Shown here piece by piece: positions 1 through 10,776 of a stretch of DNA of 64,000 bases; the stretch's first letter is position 1; every line of letters begins with the position of its first letter. The DNA comes from Diplonema japonicum (lineage: Eukaryota; Protista; Euglenozoa: Diplonemea): the NCBI GenBank assembly GCA_964019335.1, contig OZ025720.1:1-64000 (forward strand), written 5' to 3'. The position numbers and the translations under genes are program-made. Below the pieces are notes generated by a model, which had not been told where the DNA came from, made no database searches, and saw nothing but the letters and a program-made list of their open reading frames with translations.

Positions 1-1909
1 CGGGTTTGCGGGGGTTTGCGGGTTTGCGGGTTTGCGGGTTTGCGGGTTTGCGGGTTTGCGGGTTTGCGGGTTTGCGGGTTTGCGGGTTTGCGGGTTTGCG
101 GGTTTGCGGGTTTGCGGGTTTGCGGGTTTGCGGGTTTGCGGGTTTGCGGGTTTGCGGGTTTGCGGGTTTGCGGGTTTGCGGGTTGCGGGTTTGCGGGTTT
201 GCGGGTTTGCGGGTTGCGGGTTTGCGGGTTTGCGGGTTTGCGGTTTGCGGGTTTGCGGGTTTGCGGGTTTGCGGGTTTGCGGGTTTTGCGGGTTTGCGGG
301 TTTGCGGGTTTGCGGGTTTGCGGGTTTGCGGGTTTGCGGGTTTGCGGGTTTGCGGGTTTGCGGGTTTGCGGGTTTGCGGGTTTGCGGGTTTGCGGTTTGC
401 GGGTTTGCGGGTTTGCGGGTTTGCGGGTTTGCGGGTTTGCGGGTTTGCGGGTTTGCGGGTTTGCGGGTTTGCGGGTTTGCGGGTTTGCGGGTTTGCGGGT
501 TTGCGGGTTTGCGGGTTTGCGGGTTTGCGGGTTTGCGGGTTTGCGGGTTTGCGGTTTGCGGGTTTGCGGGTTTGCGGGTTTGCGGGTTTGCGGGTTTGCG
601 GGTTTGCGGGTTTGCGGGTTTGCGGGTTTGCGGGTTTGCGGGTTTGCGGGTTTGCGGGTTTGCGGGTTTGCGGGTTTGCGGGTTTGCGGGTTTGCGGGTT
701 TGCGGGTTTGCGGGTTTGCGGGTTTGCGGGTTTGCGGGTTTGCGGTTTGCGGGTTTGCGGGTTGCGGGTTTGCGGGTTTGCGGGTTTGCGGGTTGCGGGT
801 TTGCGGGTTTGCGGGTTTGCGGGTTTGCGGGTTTGCGGGTTTGCGGGTTTGCGGGTTTGCGGGTTTGCGGGTTTGCGGGTTTGCGGGTTTGCGGGTTTGC
901 GGGTTTGCGGGTTTGCGGGTTTGCGGGTTTGCGGGTTTGCGGGTTTGCGGGTTTGCGGGTTTGCGGGTTTGCGGGTTTTGCGGGTTTTGCGGGTTTTGCG
1001 GGTTTTGCGGGTTTGCGGGTTTTGCGGGTTTTGCGGGTTTTGCGGGTTTTGCGGGTTTTGCGGGTTTTGCGGGTTTTGCGGGTTTGCGGGTTTGCGGGTT
1101 TGCGGGTTTGCGGGTTTGCGGGTTTGCGGGTTTGCGGGTTGCGGGTTTGCGGGTTTGCGGGTTTCGCGGTTTGCGGGTTTGCGGGGTTTGCGGGTTTGCG
1201 GGTTTGCGGGTTTGCGGGTTTGCGGGTTTGCGGGTTTGCGGGTTTGCGGGTTTGCGGGTTTGCGGGTTTGCGGGTTTGCGGTTGCGGGTTTGCGGGTTTG
1301 CGGGTTTGCGGGTTTGCGGGTTTGCGGGTTTGCGGGTTTGCGGTTTGCGGTTTGCGGGTTTGCGGTTTGCGGGTTTGCGGGTTTGCGGGTTTGCGGGTTG
1401 CGGGTTTGCGGGTTTGCGGGTTTGCGGGTTTGCGGGTTTGCGGGTTTGCGGGTTTGCGGGTTTGCGGGTTTGCGGGTTTGCGGTTTGCGGTTTGCGGGTT
1501 TGCGGGTTTGCGGTTGCGGTTTGCGGGTTTGCGGGTTTGCGGGTTTGCGGGTTTGCGGGTTTGCGGGTTTGCGGGTTTGCGGGTTTGCGGGTTTGCGGGT
1601 TTGCGGGTTTGCGGGTTTGCGGGTTTGCGGGTTTGCGGGTTTGCGGGTTTGCGGGTTTGCGGGTTTGCGGGTTTGCGGGTTTGCGGGTTTGCGGGTTTGC
1701 GGGTTTGCGGGTTTGCGGGTTTGCGGGTTTGCGGGTTTGCGGGTTTGCGGGTTTGCGGGTTTGCGGGTTTGCGGGTTTGCGGGTTTGCGGGTTTGCGGGT
1801 TTGCGGGTTTGCGGGTTTGCGGGTTTGCGGGTTTGCGGGTTTGCGGGTTTGCGGGTTTGCGGGTTTGCGGGTTTGCGGGTTTGCGGGTTTGCGGGTTTGC
1901 GGGTTTGCG
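1..1909 (+). repeat. Tandem 8-mer array (GCGGGTTT)n, telomere-like, G-rich strand on +
   Basis: About 1.9 kb of cgggtttg units with homopolymer-length variants (a 9-mer TTTTGCGGG block at ~976-1077) and an abrupt junction with unique sequence at ~1910. The long ORFs over it are repeat artefacts. Confidence 0.95.
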
Positions 1910-2063
1910 AGCTTTAGAATCGTTGGTACCTCCCTCACCCCCCTTTGCCCCCCCTGGGATGCCGGCGGTAGGGCGCACCTCGGCGTTCATCCCCTCTCCT
2001 CCCCGTGTTCAGGGTTTCTGGGGCAGGGCCGCGCCTGTCTTCAACCCGGGGGGTGTCCGCCAT

Positions 2064-2522
2064 CTACCAGTATGCACCCTTCCCCTTTTCTTTTTTTTTT
2101 TCTTCTTCAACTATGGCAGGGTCGGCTGCGGAGGTCTCGGTTGCGGCAGCGGCGTTCGGGGCGGCAGGGGCTGCAGCGGCGGCCGTGGTTGCAGCAGGGG
2201 CTGCTGCTCTCTTGGTTGGACCCCCCATCCTCCCGCAAGAGCCTGTCCGTCGTCTCCGGAGAGAGGGGAGGTCCCCTTTTCGTACGGGCACCACGATGTG
2301 AACCTGCCACACCTTCTCAAGGGATTCCTTGAGAGCTTTGTCGTCTCGAAGAAGTCAAGGCAGGAACCGCACCTCCTCCGCGTTCTTCTTGTTGCGAGAC
2401 TTCAACACCTTCATCGCAAAGGTACCTCCATCCACTCTCCTCACCTCCTTGTACGCCAACCTCTGTCCGACGGACCCGAGGCGCTCCCTTTGCACGTACT
2501 TTTGAAGTACCGACGGATCCAT
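2064..2522 (-). pseudogene. Degenerate protein kinase N-lobe fragment
   Basis: The minus frame from ATG 2522 reads MDPSVLQKYVQRERLGSVGQRLAYKEVRRVDGGTFAMKVLKSRNKKNAEEVRFLP*LLRDDKALKESLEKVWQVHIVVPVRKGDL. This matches decayed subdomains I (LGxG), II (AMK), III (E) and V (HIV...GDL). There is an in-frame TGA at 2355-2357 and no HRD or DFG motif. Confidence 0.6.
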
Positions 2523-3603
2523 ACTTTGCTGTTGTTAATGTTCGCCATGTGGAAAGAGAGCGGGTATGCTGTGGTGTCGTCTTTGAATTTAAGATTCTCT
2601 GCTGGACACAAATTAATCAACAAGTGCATAAGCAGCGGGTTCGCGGCAACTCATCACCAATCATCAAACTCAAGTCGGTGGTTTCTAGTTTTTGTACCCT
2701 GGCAAGAAAAGTGAAAACCAATGGAATCAAAATTGAAAAATTGATCACCGCATTCAGGTCGATGGCTTCTAGTTTCGGCTGGGGTTGAGATGCATACCGC
2801 ATGCATTAGGACACGACGCGGAATGTAGAAGAAGCACAGTCAAGGAGACAGTAGGGCGCACCAACACCGGCCCCTGAACCTCTATATTATTTTCTTTTAT
2901 AGCTTACTTCTTTTGTCTTCGTTCACTCCATGCAACCTAAGCCCTTTAAACGCATACAGCTAAATACGACAGAATTTCAAGCATCAACAGCACTCATTCT
3001 GCATGCGGGTATCTTCGTGGCTTGCAAGGTCAGCTAACGGCTTGTCGCGCTTCTTTTACCATCTCCGCATGTTCAAATGCCTTTTCTTGCTGAAATGGTT
3101 GCGAAGCTGTCGAAAGTGGATATCAATAAAAAAACACAATCTCAAAATACTGTTAAGGTAATGGTGCAAGGCTTTTTTTTTTTTTTTGTTACAAATATTT
3201 ATCTTTCAAATTATAACTATATGCAAACTTGTGCCGAGCAAAAAACCTTCGCAGCTTTTAAAAACCTTTTTTGCTCGTGCGAGCAACAAAAACATATAGT
3301 CATAAAGAATTATTTTTCTTTTGCTTATAAAGATAAAGAAGAAAAGGGTCTCGAACACCATGCACTTCATTTCCCTTTTTACGTCCCGGAATTTAGTACT
3401 CAGTAGGCTTCAATGGAAAATGCAAAAGGTGACCCCAAGCAAAGAAAAAACGAGAAGTATGAAAACATTAAAAAATCCCATTTCAAAGGACCAAAGCATA
3501 ACGTGGCACACTGCAAAAATGGCGCTCTGCTTTGCTTCTATAAGACCACTTTGAAAGGATAGTCACAGCCACGAGCCGTTGAGGGCAAAGACCACACTGT
3601 ACA

Positions 3604-5019
3604 CTACACCCACTGACTACCGAGGCCGGACCTCACTATTCGGTGGTATGCTGATTCGAGGGTTTCATCTGTTTTGCAGAAGCAGAATCTCGCAAGGGAG
3701 TCTGTAATGTGCCTGTGCTCAGGAGCGTAGAAAGCAGATGCCGGAATGGCGGTCACCTTTGTTTGTGTTAATAAGAAAATACAACATACCCCCGCTTTTT
3801 CCGTAAGGATTCTGCACACGGCGAAGTCACGTCTCTCAGGCAGTGGGAGGTCTTCCGGTGCGTGCCACATAGGGTGCGGGTGCTGCATGGCGATCTTCGT
3901 TGTATCCGTAAGCATGAAATACCCCCCTTGAGGGAGGATGGGCTCCAACGACGCCAGACGCAGAAGCCCGGCAAGCTTGTCACGTTTTGCCTTCAGTGTA
4001 TCTCTCAAATCATCGAAGTAATTTATTTTCACGGCATGGTTCATGGCGTTGGCTGTGGCCACTTGCAGCACAGATGGCGTGCAGAAGTTAGACGCCTGGT
4101 GCACCCGCACCAAGGGTAGGATGAGAGGAGACGGCCCAAACACGTACCCAACACGCCACCCAGTTGCGGAGAAGGTCTTCCCTGCGCTGTAGATGGAGAG
4201 AGTCCTGTCCCACATCCCTGGCAAGGAGGCGATTCTCTCGTGGGTGCCCTCGTACACCATGTGCTCGTAGACCTCGTCGGACAGCACCACCACCTGGGGG
4301 AACTTCTCGAGCACCTTCGCGATACCGACCAGCTCTTCTTTGCTGAATACCTTGCCCGTCGGGTTGTGCGGTGTGTTCAGCACCAGCAGCTTTGTCTTGT
4401 CGGACAGCGCCGCTTCCAGCTCAGACAGGTTCAGCTTCCAGTCTGCACTCCCCGTGGCCCAATCTGCACGGAGGGGGACACCCTTGGTGGTCGCCCCCAT
4501 GAGGTCCGTCGCAATCTTCGGTGCATCGAAATATGGCTCGATGCACACTACCTCGTCGCCGGGGTCCACCAGCGCCATCACTGCGCTGAAGATGGCGTTC
4601 GTGGCACCACCCACAACGGCGACTTCTGTATCCTTACAGATATGCCTCTCGAACAGGTCGGTGTAGTAGGAGGCAAGGCAGCCCACAAGCAAGGGGTGCC
4701 CCGCAGGCCGTGTGTACTGGTTGTGGTCTGAGCTGATGGCCTCGTGCGCCGCATCCTTCACAAAATCAGGGATTGGGTAGTTTGGGAACCCTGCACCAAG
4801 ATTGATGGCATTGTGCTTAATCGCTAGATCTGTAAACTCTGCAAAGACGCTTGGCTCGACAGCCGCCATCCTCACACTTGACAGCGGGCTCATAAAGCTG
4901 TCTCTGTTAGCGGGGCGCACGATGGTCGGGTCTGATTCATAAAGGATTTTGTGATCGTGCACATGGCGCAGCTGCTGCAAGGCTTTCCCTTTTCCCTTGA
5001 GACGACTGAAAACGCTCAT
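3604..5019 (-). CDS. Class I/II PLP aminotransferase (kynurenine/glutamine transaminase K-like), probable mitochondrial presequence; 1 intron (3757-3789)
   Basis: Motifs INLGAGFP, NTPHNPTGKVF, SDEVYE and SAGKTFSATGWRVG (PLP lysine). Removing the 33-nt GTATGT..AAAG intron restores EKAG|VTAIP. A long pyrimidine tract plus AG precedes the start on the minus strand. Confidence 0.93.
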   Translation of the reverse strand: MSVFSRLKGKGKALQQLRHVHDHKILYESDPTIVRPANRDSFMSPLSSVRMAAVEPSVFAEFTDLAIKHNAINLGAGFPNYPIPDFVKDAAHEAISSDHNQYTRPAGHPLLVGCLASYYTDLFERHICKDTEVAVVGGATNAIFSAVMALVDPGDEVVCIEPYFDAPKIATDLMGATTKGVPLRADWATGSADWKLNLSELEAALSDKTKLLVLNTPHNPTGKVFSKEELVGIAKVLEKFPQVVVLSDEVYEHMVYEGTHERIASLPGMWDRTLSIYSAGKTFSATGWRVGYVFGPSPLILPLVRVHQASNFCTPSVLQVATANAMNHAVKINYFDDLRDTLKAKRDKLAGLLRLASLEPILPQGGYFMLTDTTKIAMQHPHPMWHAPEDLPLPERRDFAVCRILTEKAGVCCIFLLTQTKVTAIPASAFYAPEHRHITDSLARFCFCKTDETLESAYHRIVRSGLGSQWV

Positions 5020-5030
5020 TTTATGCATCA

Positions 5031-5100
5031 CTGGGGAGTATTAAGAAAAGACGAAATAAGAAAAAAGAGATGAAGAAAGGAAATAAGGAGAAAAAGAAAA
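5031..5100 (-). promoter_or_regulatory. Polypyrimidine tract plus AG, putative trans-splice acceptor (representative example)
   Basis: About 60 nt of T/C on the minus strand ending in CCCCAG about 11 nt before the ATG, with no upstream coding exon. Confidence 0.6.
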
Positions 5101-6568
5101 AGGGGGTGGACTTTAAAGAAGAAGAAAAGAGGGGATGAAAAGAAGGAGCAGAAAGACCCGACGCGCAGAACGCCTTGCTCTTAGGGGAGGTGGGTAGAAA
5201 GGTGATTGAGCCAATTTCCTTTTTTTCTCTTTTCTTTTTAAACCCCCTCCCTGCAACAAGGATACCGCAGCCAGCTGTCACTTTTGTTTCTCCTTTTTTT
5301 CGTGGCCATCCTTGCTGAGAGCAGCTGGCTATATCACGGACTTGGGCTAGCGGTACAAGCTTGCCACGAGGAGGTAGGTAATTTTCTTCATTCTCTTTTT
5401 CTTCTCTTTTTTAAAGCATAGGACAGGAGTAGGGGTGTCACACACAAATATCACTCAGCACACTCGTCATGAGGACATGGACTGAACGGAGCAGGCTCGA
5501 GACGCCACCGCCGACGAAGTTTCGGAGGAGTTTCTTACGAGTTCTTCTTGTTGCCGCTCGGTTTTCTTTCTTCAACTTTTTTAAGAAAGAGAAAACCTTC
5601 CGGCTGGAAACACAACTTACACAAATTACACACAGTTGCCGGGTTTCTTTTCTTTTTAGATCTTTTTTTCTTATTCCTTGAATAAGAAGGGAGAGAGAGA
5701 GAATATCAAAAAAAGGGGTAAACAAAACGCAAATTTTACATGCAAACAAAGGAGGGGGGGGGGGGGGGGGGGGGGAAACATGAATTATGGTATTATGGTC
5801 TGAAAAATTAAATAAAGAGGAACCTGGCCGTTGTTTCGTACACGCCTGGTATGAAACTTCCTGAAACCTGTAAACACGTTGCCAACGCTCCCTTGTTAGA
5901 CAAGTCTAAGACTCGTTATTGAAAGAAAGAAAAAACTGATGACATGTTCCAAATATTTTTTTTTATTAAAAGAGACCTTTTCGGGAGAAACAACCTGGAA
6001 AAGGTTATTCATCACCTTTATCAATCACAACGGCAAAGGAGAGGGAAGAAAAGTGTTTTTCTTTTTCTTTTAAAGGTCTCCTTTACTCATTTGTCCTGAT
6101 AGATATTATTGTCTTTTATTCCCGAATTGAACACTCTCTTTTTGAAAATAATTACCACGATTTTCTTCCTTTTTTAAATCTCATTTTTAAACAATTCAAA
6201 CATTATGATTTTCACACATTCACTATGAGATTTTTGGTTTTACAAGAAGAAACAAAAAACAACCCTAATTCCTCCTTTTTTTTTCACTCCCCTTGTTTCT
6301 CTCCCTTACTTGTTATTTTCCATTTTTCTTTTCGTTTCCGAACAAAAAGCGACAAAAAATAGGAAGTAAAAAAAAAAAAAAAAAAAAAAACATAACTCGT
6401 CGTTTTCGCGGAAGAGTGCATCCCCGCTAGATATGACTCAGGCGCTTAGAACACAGCAACATTAGTACATTGGACACCACACTATTGGAACAAGGGAGCA
6501 GAGCATTCATATAACGGACATTTTTTATTTGCCGTAAGACTATGGTGTTGATGAAAAGGGGATAAGGT

Positions 6569-7882
6569 TCATACCTGAACGCCAGGGCGCATGGAGCCGC
6601 CCTGTCCGAACGGCCACGCAAAGCTCTTGATGAACTCCAAGAGGCAGCTGAGGGAAAGGAACATGCGGCGAGGGGTGCGGGCACCAGCGAAGTTGCCCTC
6701 AAAGAACACGACCTCCTCCTTCATGACCATTGCGTCCCAACCCACTGCCGTCAGCCACTTGTGCTCGATGCCCTTGTGCGCAGCAACAGCCGTAGCGCAT
6801 GCCTCTCTGACGCCTGCCATTTTCGTACCCACAAGAGGCGCGTCCATGGTGGCGAAGAAGGGGCTGTACCATGCGGCAGGTGCAATGATCTCTTCACTCT
6901 CCACTTCCACGCAGTACCCCGCCCTGCAGCTGTGCGAGCTGTCTGTAGTGCAGTCAGTCCACAGCAGGCAGGAAAGCACCTTCACGTCGTCATCAGGCGT
7001 CCTCACCGTCACGATGTCCAACGAGTGCACACCCAGCTCCTTCTTCGGGCGCACCATCTCCAGCACCATTGCTTCCTTCCCGACGTAGTGCTCCTCTAAC
7101 TGCTTCGTGAGCTCTTCGACGTTCTTGTACTCCTTCCCGTATGTCCAGAAGGCGTCACCGATACCAAGGTAGGAATCCGGCAGCTTCACGACAACGTCGC
7201 ACGTGTCAAGCGGGTAATTCATCGTCAGCTTGCCTTCGTCCCACCTTCCAAGCTCCCTGGGCAGCCTACCATCAACGCTCGTGAGCGAAGCTCTCCAGAA
7301 GTCCTTAGTCAGAATAGTGTCCTTCCAGGTGTGATCAATGGCATCCTTATTGGTTCCCACGAGGTAGAACTGGCCCACGTACATGCTCTGTTTCAAGTAA
7401 CAGTCCCACAGGAAGGAACCGATGAGGCTCTTGGGCTTAACGAAGAACACACGACCAGGACCGGCCATGCTCCAGTCAGGGATGAAGTACGATTCAACGA
7501 TTTTGTAGCATACAACGAGAGCGATGCCCACGGGCATGATAGGGAGGAAACACGATAGCGCAAAGCCGGGGACAGTACCATACCACAGCATATTGTGCTT
7601 GAAAGTGTAGTAGGTGTAAGCAAAAGGAGACGTGACAAGTGCCCAGTAGTGCAGAGCCACCGTCATGAAGTATCTCCAAGCGCAGTCCCCAAGAGAGAAC
7701 CAGTTTGCCTTGGGCGCGTTGTTGCAGTTGTGGTAAAGCTTTCCGGCAGTTATGTTTGTCGTGTTGTGAATATCAAATTTCGCCGATGTCTCGCACATTT
7801 TCGGGGAGCTCTCGGGGGTGATCCCCTGTTCACTGACAGGGGAGGGGGGCACTGCAACGCTACGGCGGGTGACAGTACTCAT
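6569..7882 (-). CDS. Membrane-anchored ATP-grasp ligase resembling the sugar-transfer-associated (ATPgrasp_ST, alpha-L-glutamate ligase-related) family
   Basis: N-terminal hydrophobic helices, then VVKLPDSYLGIG, HSLDIVT and AHxxxxxxWLTAVGWDAMVMKEEVVFFEGN, matching the family C-terminal GWD...EGN signature. No intron needed. Confidence 0.72.
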   Translation of the reverse strand: MSTVTRRSVAVPPSPVSEQGITPESSPKMCETSAKFDIHNTTNITAGKLYHNCNNAPKANWFSLGDCAWRYFMTVALHYWALVTSPFAYTYYTFKHNMLWYGTVPGFALSCFLPIMPVGIALVVCYKIVESYFIPDWSMAGPGRVFFVKPKSLIGSFLWDCYLKQSMYVGQFYLVGTNKDAIDHTWKDTILTKDFWRASLTSVDGRLPRELGRWDEGKLTMNYPLDTCDVVVKLPDSYLGIGDAFWTYGKEYKNVEELTKQLEEHYVGKEAMVLEMVRPKKELGVHSLDIVTVRTPDDDVKVLSCLLWTDCTTDSSHSCRAGYCVEVESEEIIAPAAWYSPFFATMDAPLVGTKMAGVREACATAVAAHKGIEHKWLTAVGWDAMVMKEEVVFFEGNFAGARTPRRMFLSLSCLLEFIKSFAWPFGQGGSMRPGVQV

Positions 7883-7964
7883 CTTTATTCCTTTTTCTTT
7901 TTTGTTGATGTAACCTGTGATGTTGTACATAATATTCCCGACATCAACAAAACGTTGTCATGCT

Positions 7965-8745
7965 CTAAATAGAGGTTGCGTTCTTGAGGTAGTACAGCCC
8001 GTAAACGAAAGCACCGGTCCACGTGGAACAGTAGGACAGGTGGGTGAGAGGCATCACTTGATGGTCGACGTAGTCGCGGGGGTCGCGACCTAATGGGAAG
8101 AAGGGTTGATCAGGCAGGTCGTGCCAATCAAGCAAGTCAGCGTAATAAGGCAGAAGAGTGACGCCTTCTTTGATTTCATTGTCCCGCTTGTAGTGTTCCC
8201 ACATGGCTGCCGCATTAGGACGTGGGAATACTCGGTCCCCTGGCAACGAAGGGTACTTCGCATTCGCCCCCTTCTCCCGCACCATGACCGTGATATCACC
8301 AACACAGGGCCACTTGTACAACGTCTTCCTGATATCCTCCAACGGGCTCGTAGGGACCTGCCCCCTGTTCACAAATAGCATGTCACCTTCTCTTGTCAAA
8401 AAGGGCACGTACACCGTATACACGGATTGGCTTTTCTCTATTTCCCCCTTCGCTGTTTCTATAGGCTTGCGCGGCCCCACCGCAATGAACTCATCATTCT
8501 GCATGATGCCACTAATCCGCAGCATGCAAAGGTCTTTCGGGTGCTCCCTAGGCAGCACTGTATTCGGTGGCTCGTTCACTATTCTCATGCGTTGCATAAT
8601 CAGCTCCCTCTTCCAAAAAAATCGGTTCACTTGCCACACGCTCAGCAGACCGGTGGTGCCTATCTGTGGTGTGTCATGCATACATTGTATTACATACCAG
8701 GCCGATAGTGAATATCTTCCCTGCCCCAAACTTCTTTCGCGCCAT
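7965..8745 (-). CDS. SURF1: SURF1/Shy1 cytochrome c oxidase assembly protein; 1 intron (8664-8697)
   Basis: Spliced N-terminus MARKKFGAGKIFTIGL|IGTTGLLSVWQVNRFFWK; motifs WQxxR, VNRG and HLSYCSTW. The spliced length is divisible by 3. Confidence 0.88.
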
Positions 8746-8834
8746 TTTTTTTGGTTCGTTCTGAGTGATCAACAATGCAGACAAGGTACAACAGATATAC
8801 GAGATCGATACCCCAGAAGGAGTGACTGTAAATG

Positions 8835-10721
8835 CTAAAGTGTGGATTTCCATTTGGGAACTCGGCTCTGCCGCGACTTGCCGCTGGATGGTGGTATTGC
8901 CGGGAGTGGGTCAGACTCCGCGAATTGCTTGCTTTTACGCCTCAAAGACTGCTTGCGGTGTTCGGATGGAGGTGCATTACTTGCGGTGTTCAACGACTGC
9001 TTGCGGTGTTCAGTTGGAGGTGCATTACTTTGAGACATGGAGCGCAGTCTCTCATTCCTTTTGTTCATATGCTTCATGAATGGTGACGGCGACGGTGGCG
9101 TCATGGGCTTAGCCAGATCAGACTCGAACAGTTGTTGCTCCGGTCCCTCTGTATCAACCTCAATAATCGATTTCTTGACCCGTACCCCTTGTTCTGTTCC
9201 CTTCATTGCGGTGGCCTTCTCTGACTCAGTTCTCAAACTTGTTCCGGATCCGTTGTCCAATGAACCCCGTCCCGCAAGGTTGGGCAATGCTACTGCAGAC
9301 CGTGCTTGCTCTTGCACGCACGTATCTTCATATTGTTTCTCGCCTTTACTCTGCTCTTCTAAATTCAGTTTAGCCACTGTGGCTCTCTCATTCATTTCTG
9401 TTACATGAAGCTCAGGGATACTAATCTCGACAGTCTCGACAACCGCCTCACAACTACGCTCCTGCTGCCCCTTTCTGTCTGTCAGCAGCATCTTCTCGCA
9501 CTCCTGTTGCCCTTTGTCTTCGTATTCAGTAAAAGACTGTTGAAGTTGTGAATGATTACGCCAACTCTCTTGTTTTATTTTTCGTCTCTCAACTGCCACC
9601 TCAGCAGTCACCTCAGCCTGCACCCCAACCTCAGTAAACCCAGTAGGACCTCTTTTTGGCAATGTGAACACTAAATCTCGAAGAGCAGCAAAGTTGTCGC
9701 CTTCTGCAGATGCTTCAATGCCAAGGTGCGCCAACATCTTAGCAATAGAACTGGCAGTCGTGCATTCCTTCTTTTCTTCCAAAAGGTTCTCTTTTGAGAT
9801 CTTCCAAGTACCTTGCGACAGTCTCCTGCTATTGCGCCTCTCTGCTTCGGTCATCATGCTCGTAACTTCGCTCAAGGATCGCATCAGTGGCATCAATTTA
9901 CCTACATACAGCTCTACGATACTGCCTAAGTCTTGGTGGCTAGTCCGTACTCCCTTCAAGTATGCTGATATCCTTCCGAAATTCGGATGCATATGCGTTT
10001 GCATTAAGGAGGGCGTGGTGACCATCGATGCAGTTCCGGAGCCAAGATCGCGTATTCGTTCCTCGAGGAGCTTGATGCGTGTGTGAAGCTCGTCATTCTC
10101 TCGCCGCTCGCAGCATGTTGTAATCGTAAGCAGGTCGGCACGCTCCTTGTGCTTGACAGTCACAGCGGAGTTGGGCTTCAGGAATGACTCAAAGCACGTG
10201 CTGCAAGTGGTTGTTGGGTCGTTCCTGGTTCCTACTTTCTTCTTTGACTCTGGGTCCATGAGCTCGTTAAGGAGTTTGATATGCGCCATACGGATGTCCA
10301 TCAGTAGTGCTTCCCTGGACCTGGACGACGCTTGCTGCTCTTCGAACAACTGTGTCGATAGCTTTGCGCACGTCTCCTCTCGTTCTCGCTTCTCGAGAAG
10401 CAGCCTGTTTATGAGGGTCCGCAACTTTCGGATTTGCATATCTTCCCTCCGCAGCACAAGTGCAAGCTCTTCATCGCGCTTGGACAACAGCTCTATCAGC
10501 ACATTTTTCTCTCGTATCTCATCGCTGATAACGGCCTCCAACTCTATTTCACTTGTGGCTGTAACAACTGAGCTTCGCCTCCTGTTGATCTGCGACGTTA
10601 GGACACTCTGTGTGTCCTCGCACATTTTTATCTTCTCATTCACCATAAATGTCTGTTCATCAAATACTGCTTGGCTCGACAAGGTACCTTTTCTTTTGAA
10701 TTGCAACGTTTCTTCCAGCAT
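8835..10721 (-). CDS. Hypothetical coiled-coil protein (628 aa)
   Basis: Long open frame in the cluster orientation with heptad-rich segments and a 16-aa internal duplication near the C-terminus. Confidence 0.75.
   Translation of the reverse strand: MLEETLQFKRKGTLSSQAVFDEQTFMVNEKIKMCEDTQSVLTSQINRRRSSVVTATSEIELEAVISDEIREKNVLIELLSKRDEELALVLRREDMQIRKLRTLINRLLLEKREREETCAKLSTQLFEEQQASSRSREALLMDIRMAHIKLLNELMDPESKKKVGTRNDPTTTCSTCFESFLKPNSAVTVKHKERADLLTITTCCERRENDELHTRIKLLEERIRDLGSGTASMVTTPSLMQTHMHPNFGRISAYLKGVRTSHQDLGSIVELYVGKLMPLMRSLSEVTSMMTEAERRNSRRLSQGTWKISKENLLEEKKECTTASSIAKMLAHLGIEASAEGDNFAALRDLVFTLPKRGPTGFTEVGVQAEVTAEVAVERRKIKQESWRNHSQLQQSFTEYEDKGQQECEKMLLTDRKGQQERSCEAVVETVEISIPELHVTEMNERATVAKLNLEEQSKGEKQYEDTCVQEQARSAVALPNLAGRGSLDNGSGTSLRTESEKATAMKGTEQGVRVKKSIIEVDTEGPEQQLFESDLAKPMTPPSPSPFMKHMNKRNERLRSMSQSNAPPTEHRKQSLNTASNAPPSEHRKQSLRRKSKQFAESDPLPAIPPSSGKSRQSRVPKWKSTL
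8948..9030. repeat. 48-bp imperfect tandem duplication inside a CDS (SNAPPxEHRKQSL)
   Basis: gactgcttgcggtgttc..ggaggtgcattactt occurs twice, 48 nt apart. Confidence 0.8.
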
Positions 10722-10776
10722 TTTGGTACCTACATGAAGTTTCAGAGCGTTAACTGAACTAACATTCTTTTTAACA

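Noticed and set aside
1-1909. CRISPR array
   Set aside because: There are no spacers and no cas genes, and the context is eukaryotic.
6-2714. 902, 633 and 766-aa ORFs (GFAGLRVC repeats)
   Set aside because: They are translations of the stop-free 8-mer array, not genes.
5290-5385. U1-like or tRNA-like fold (CGTGGC/GCCACG stem; TACCTACCT on the minus strand)
   Set aside because: There is no T-loop or anticodon geometry and no Sm site in the right place.
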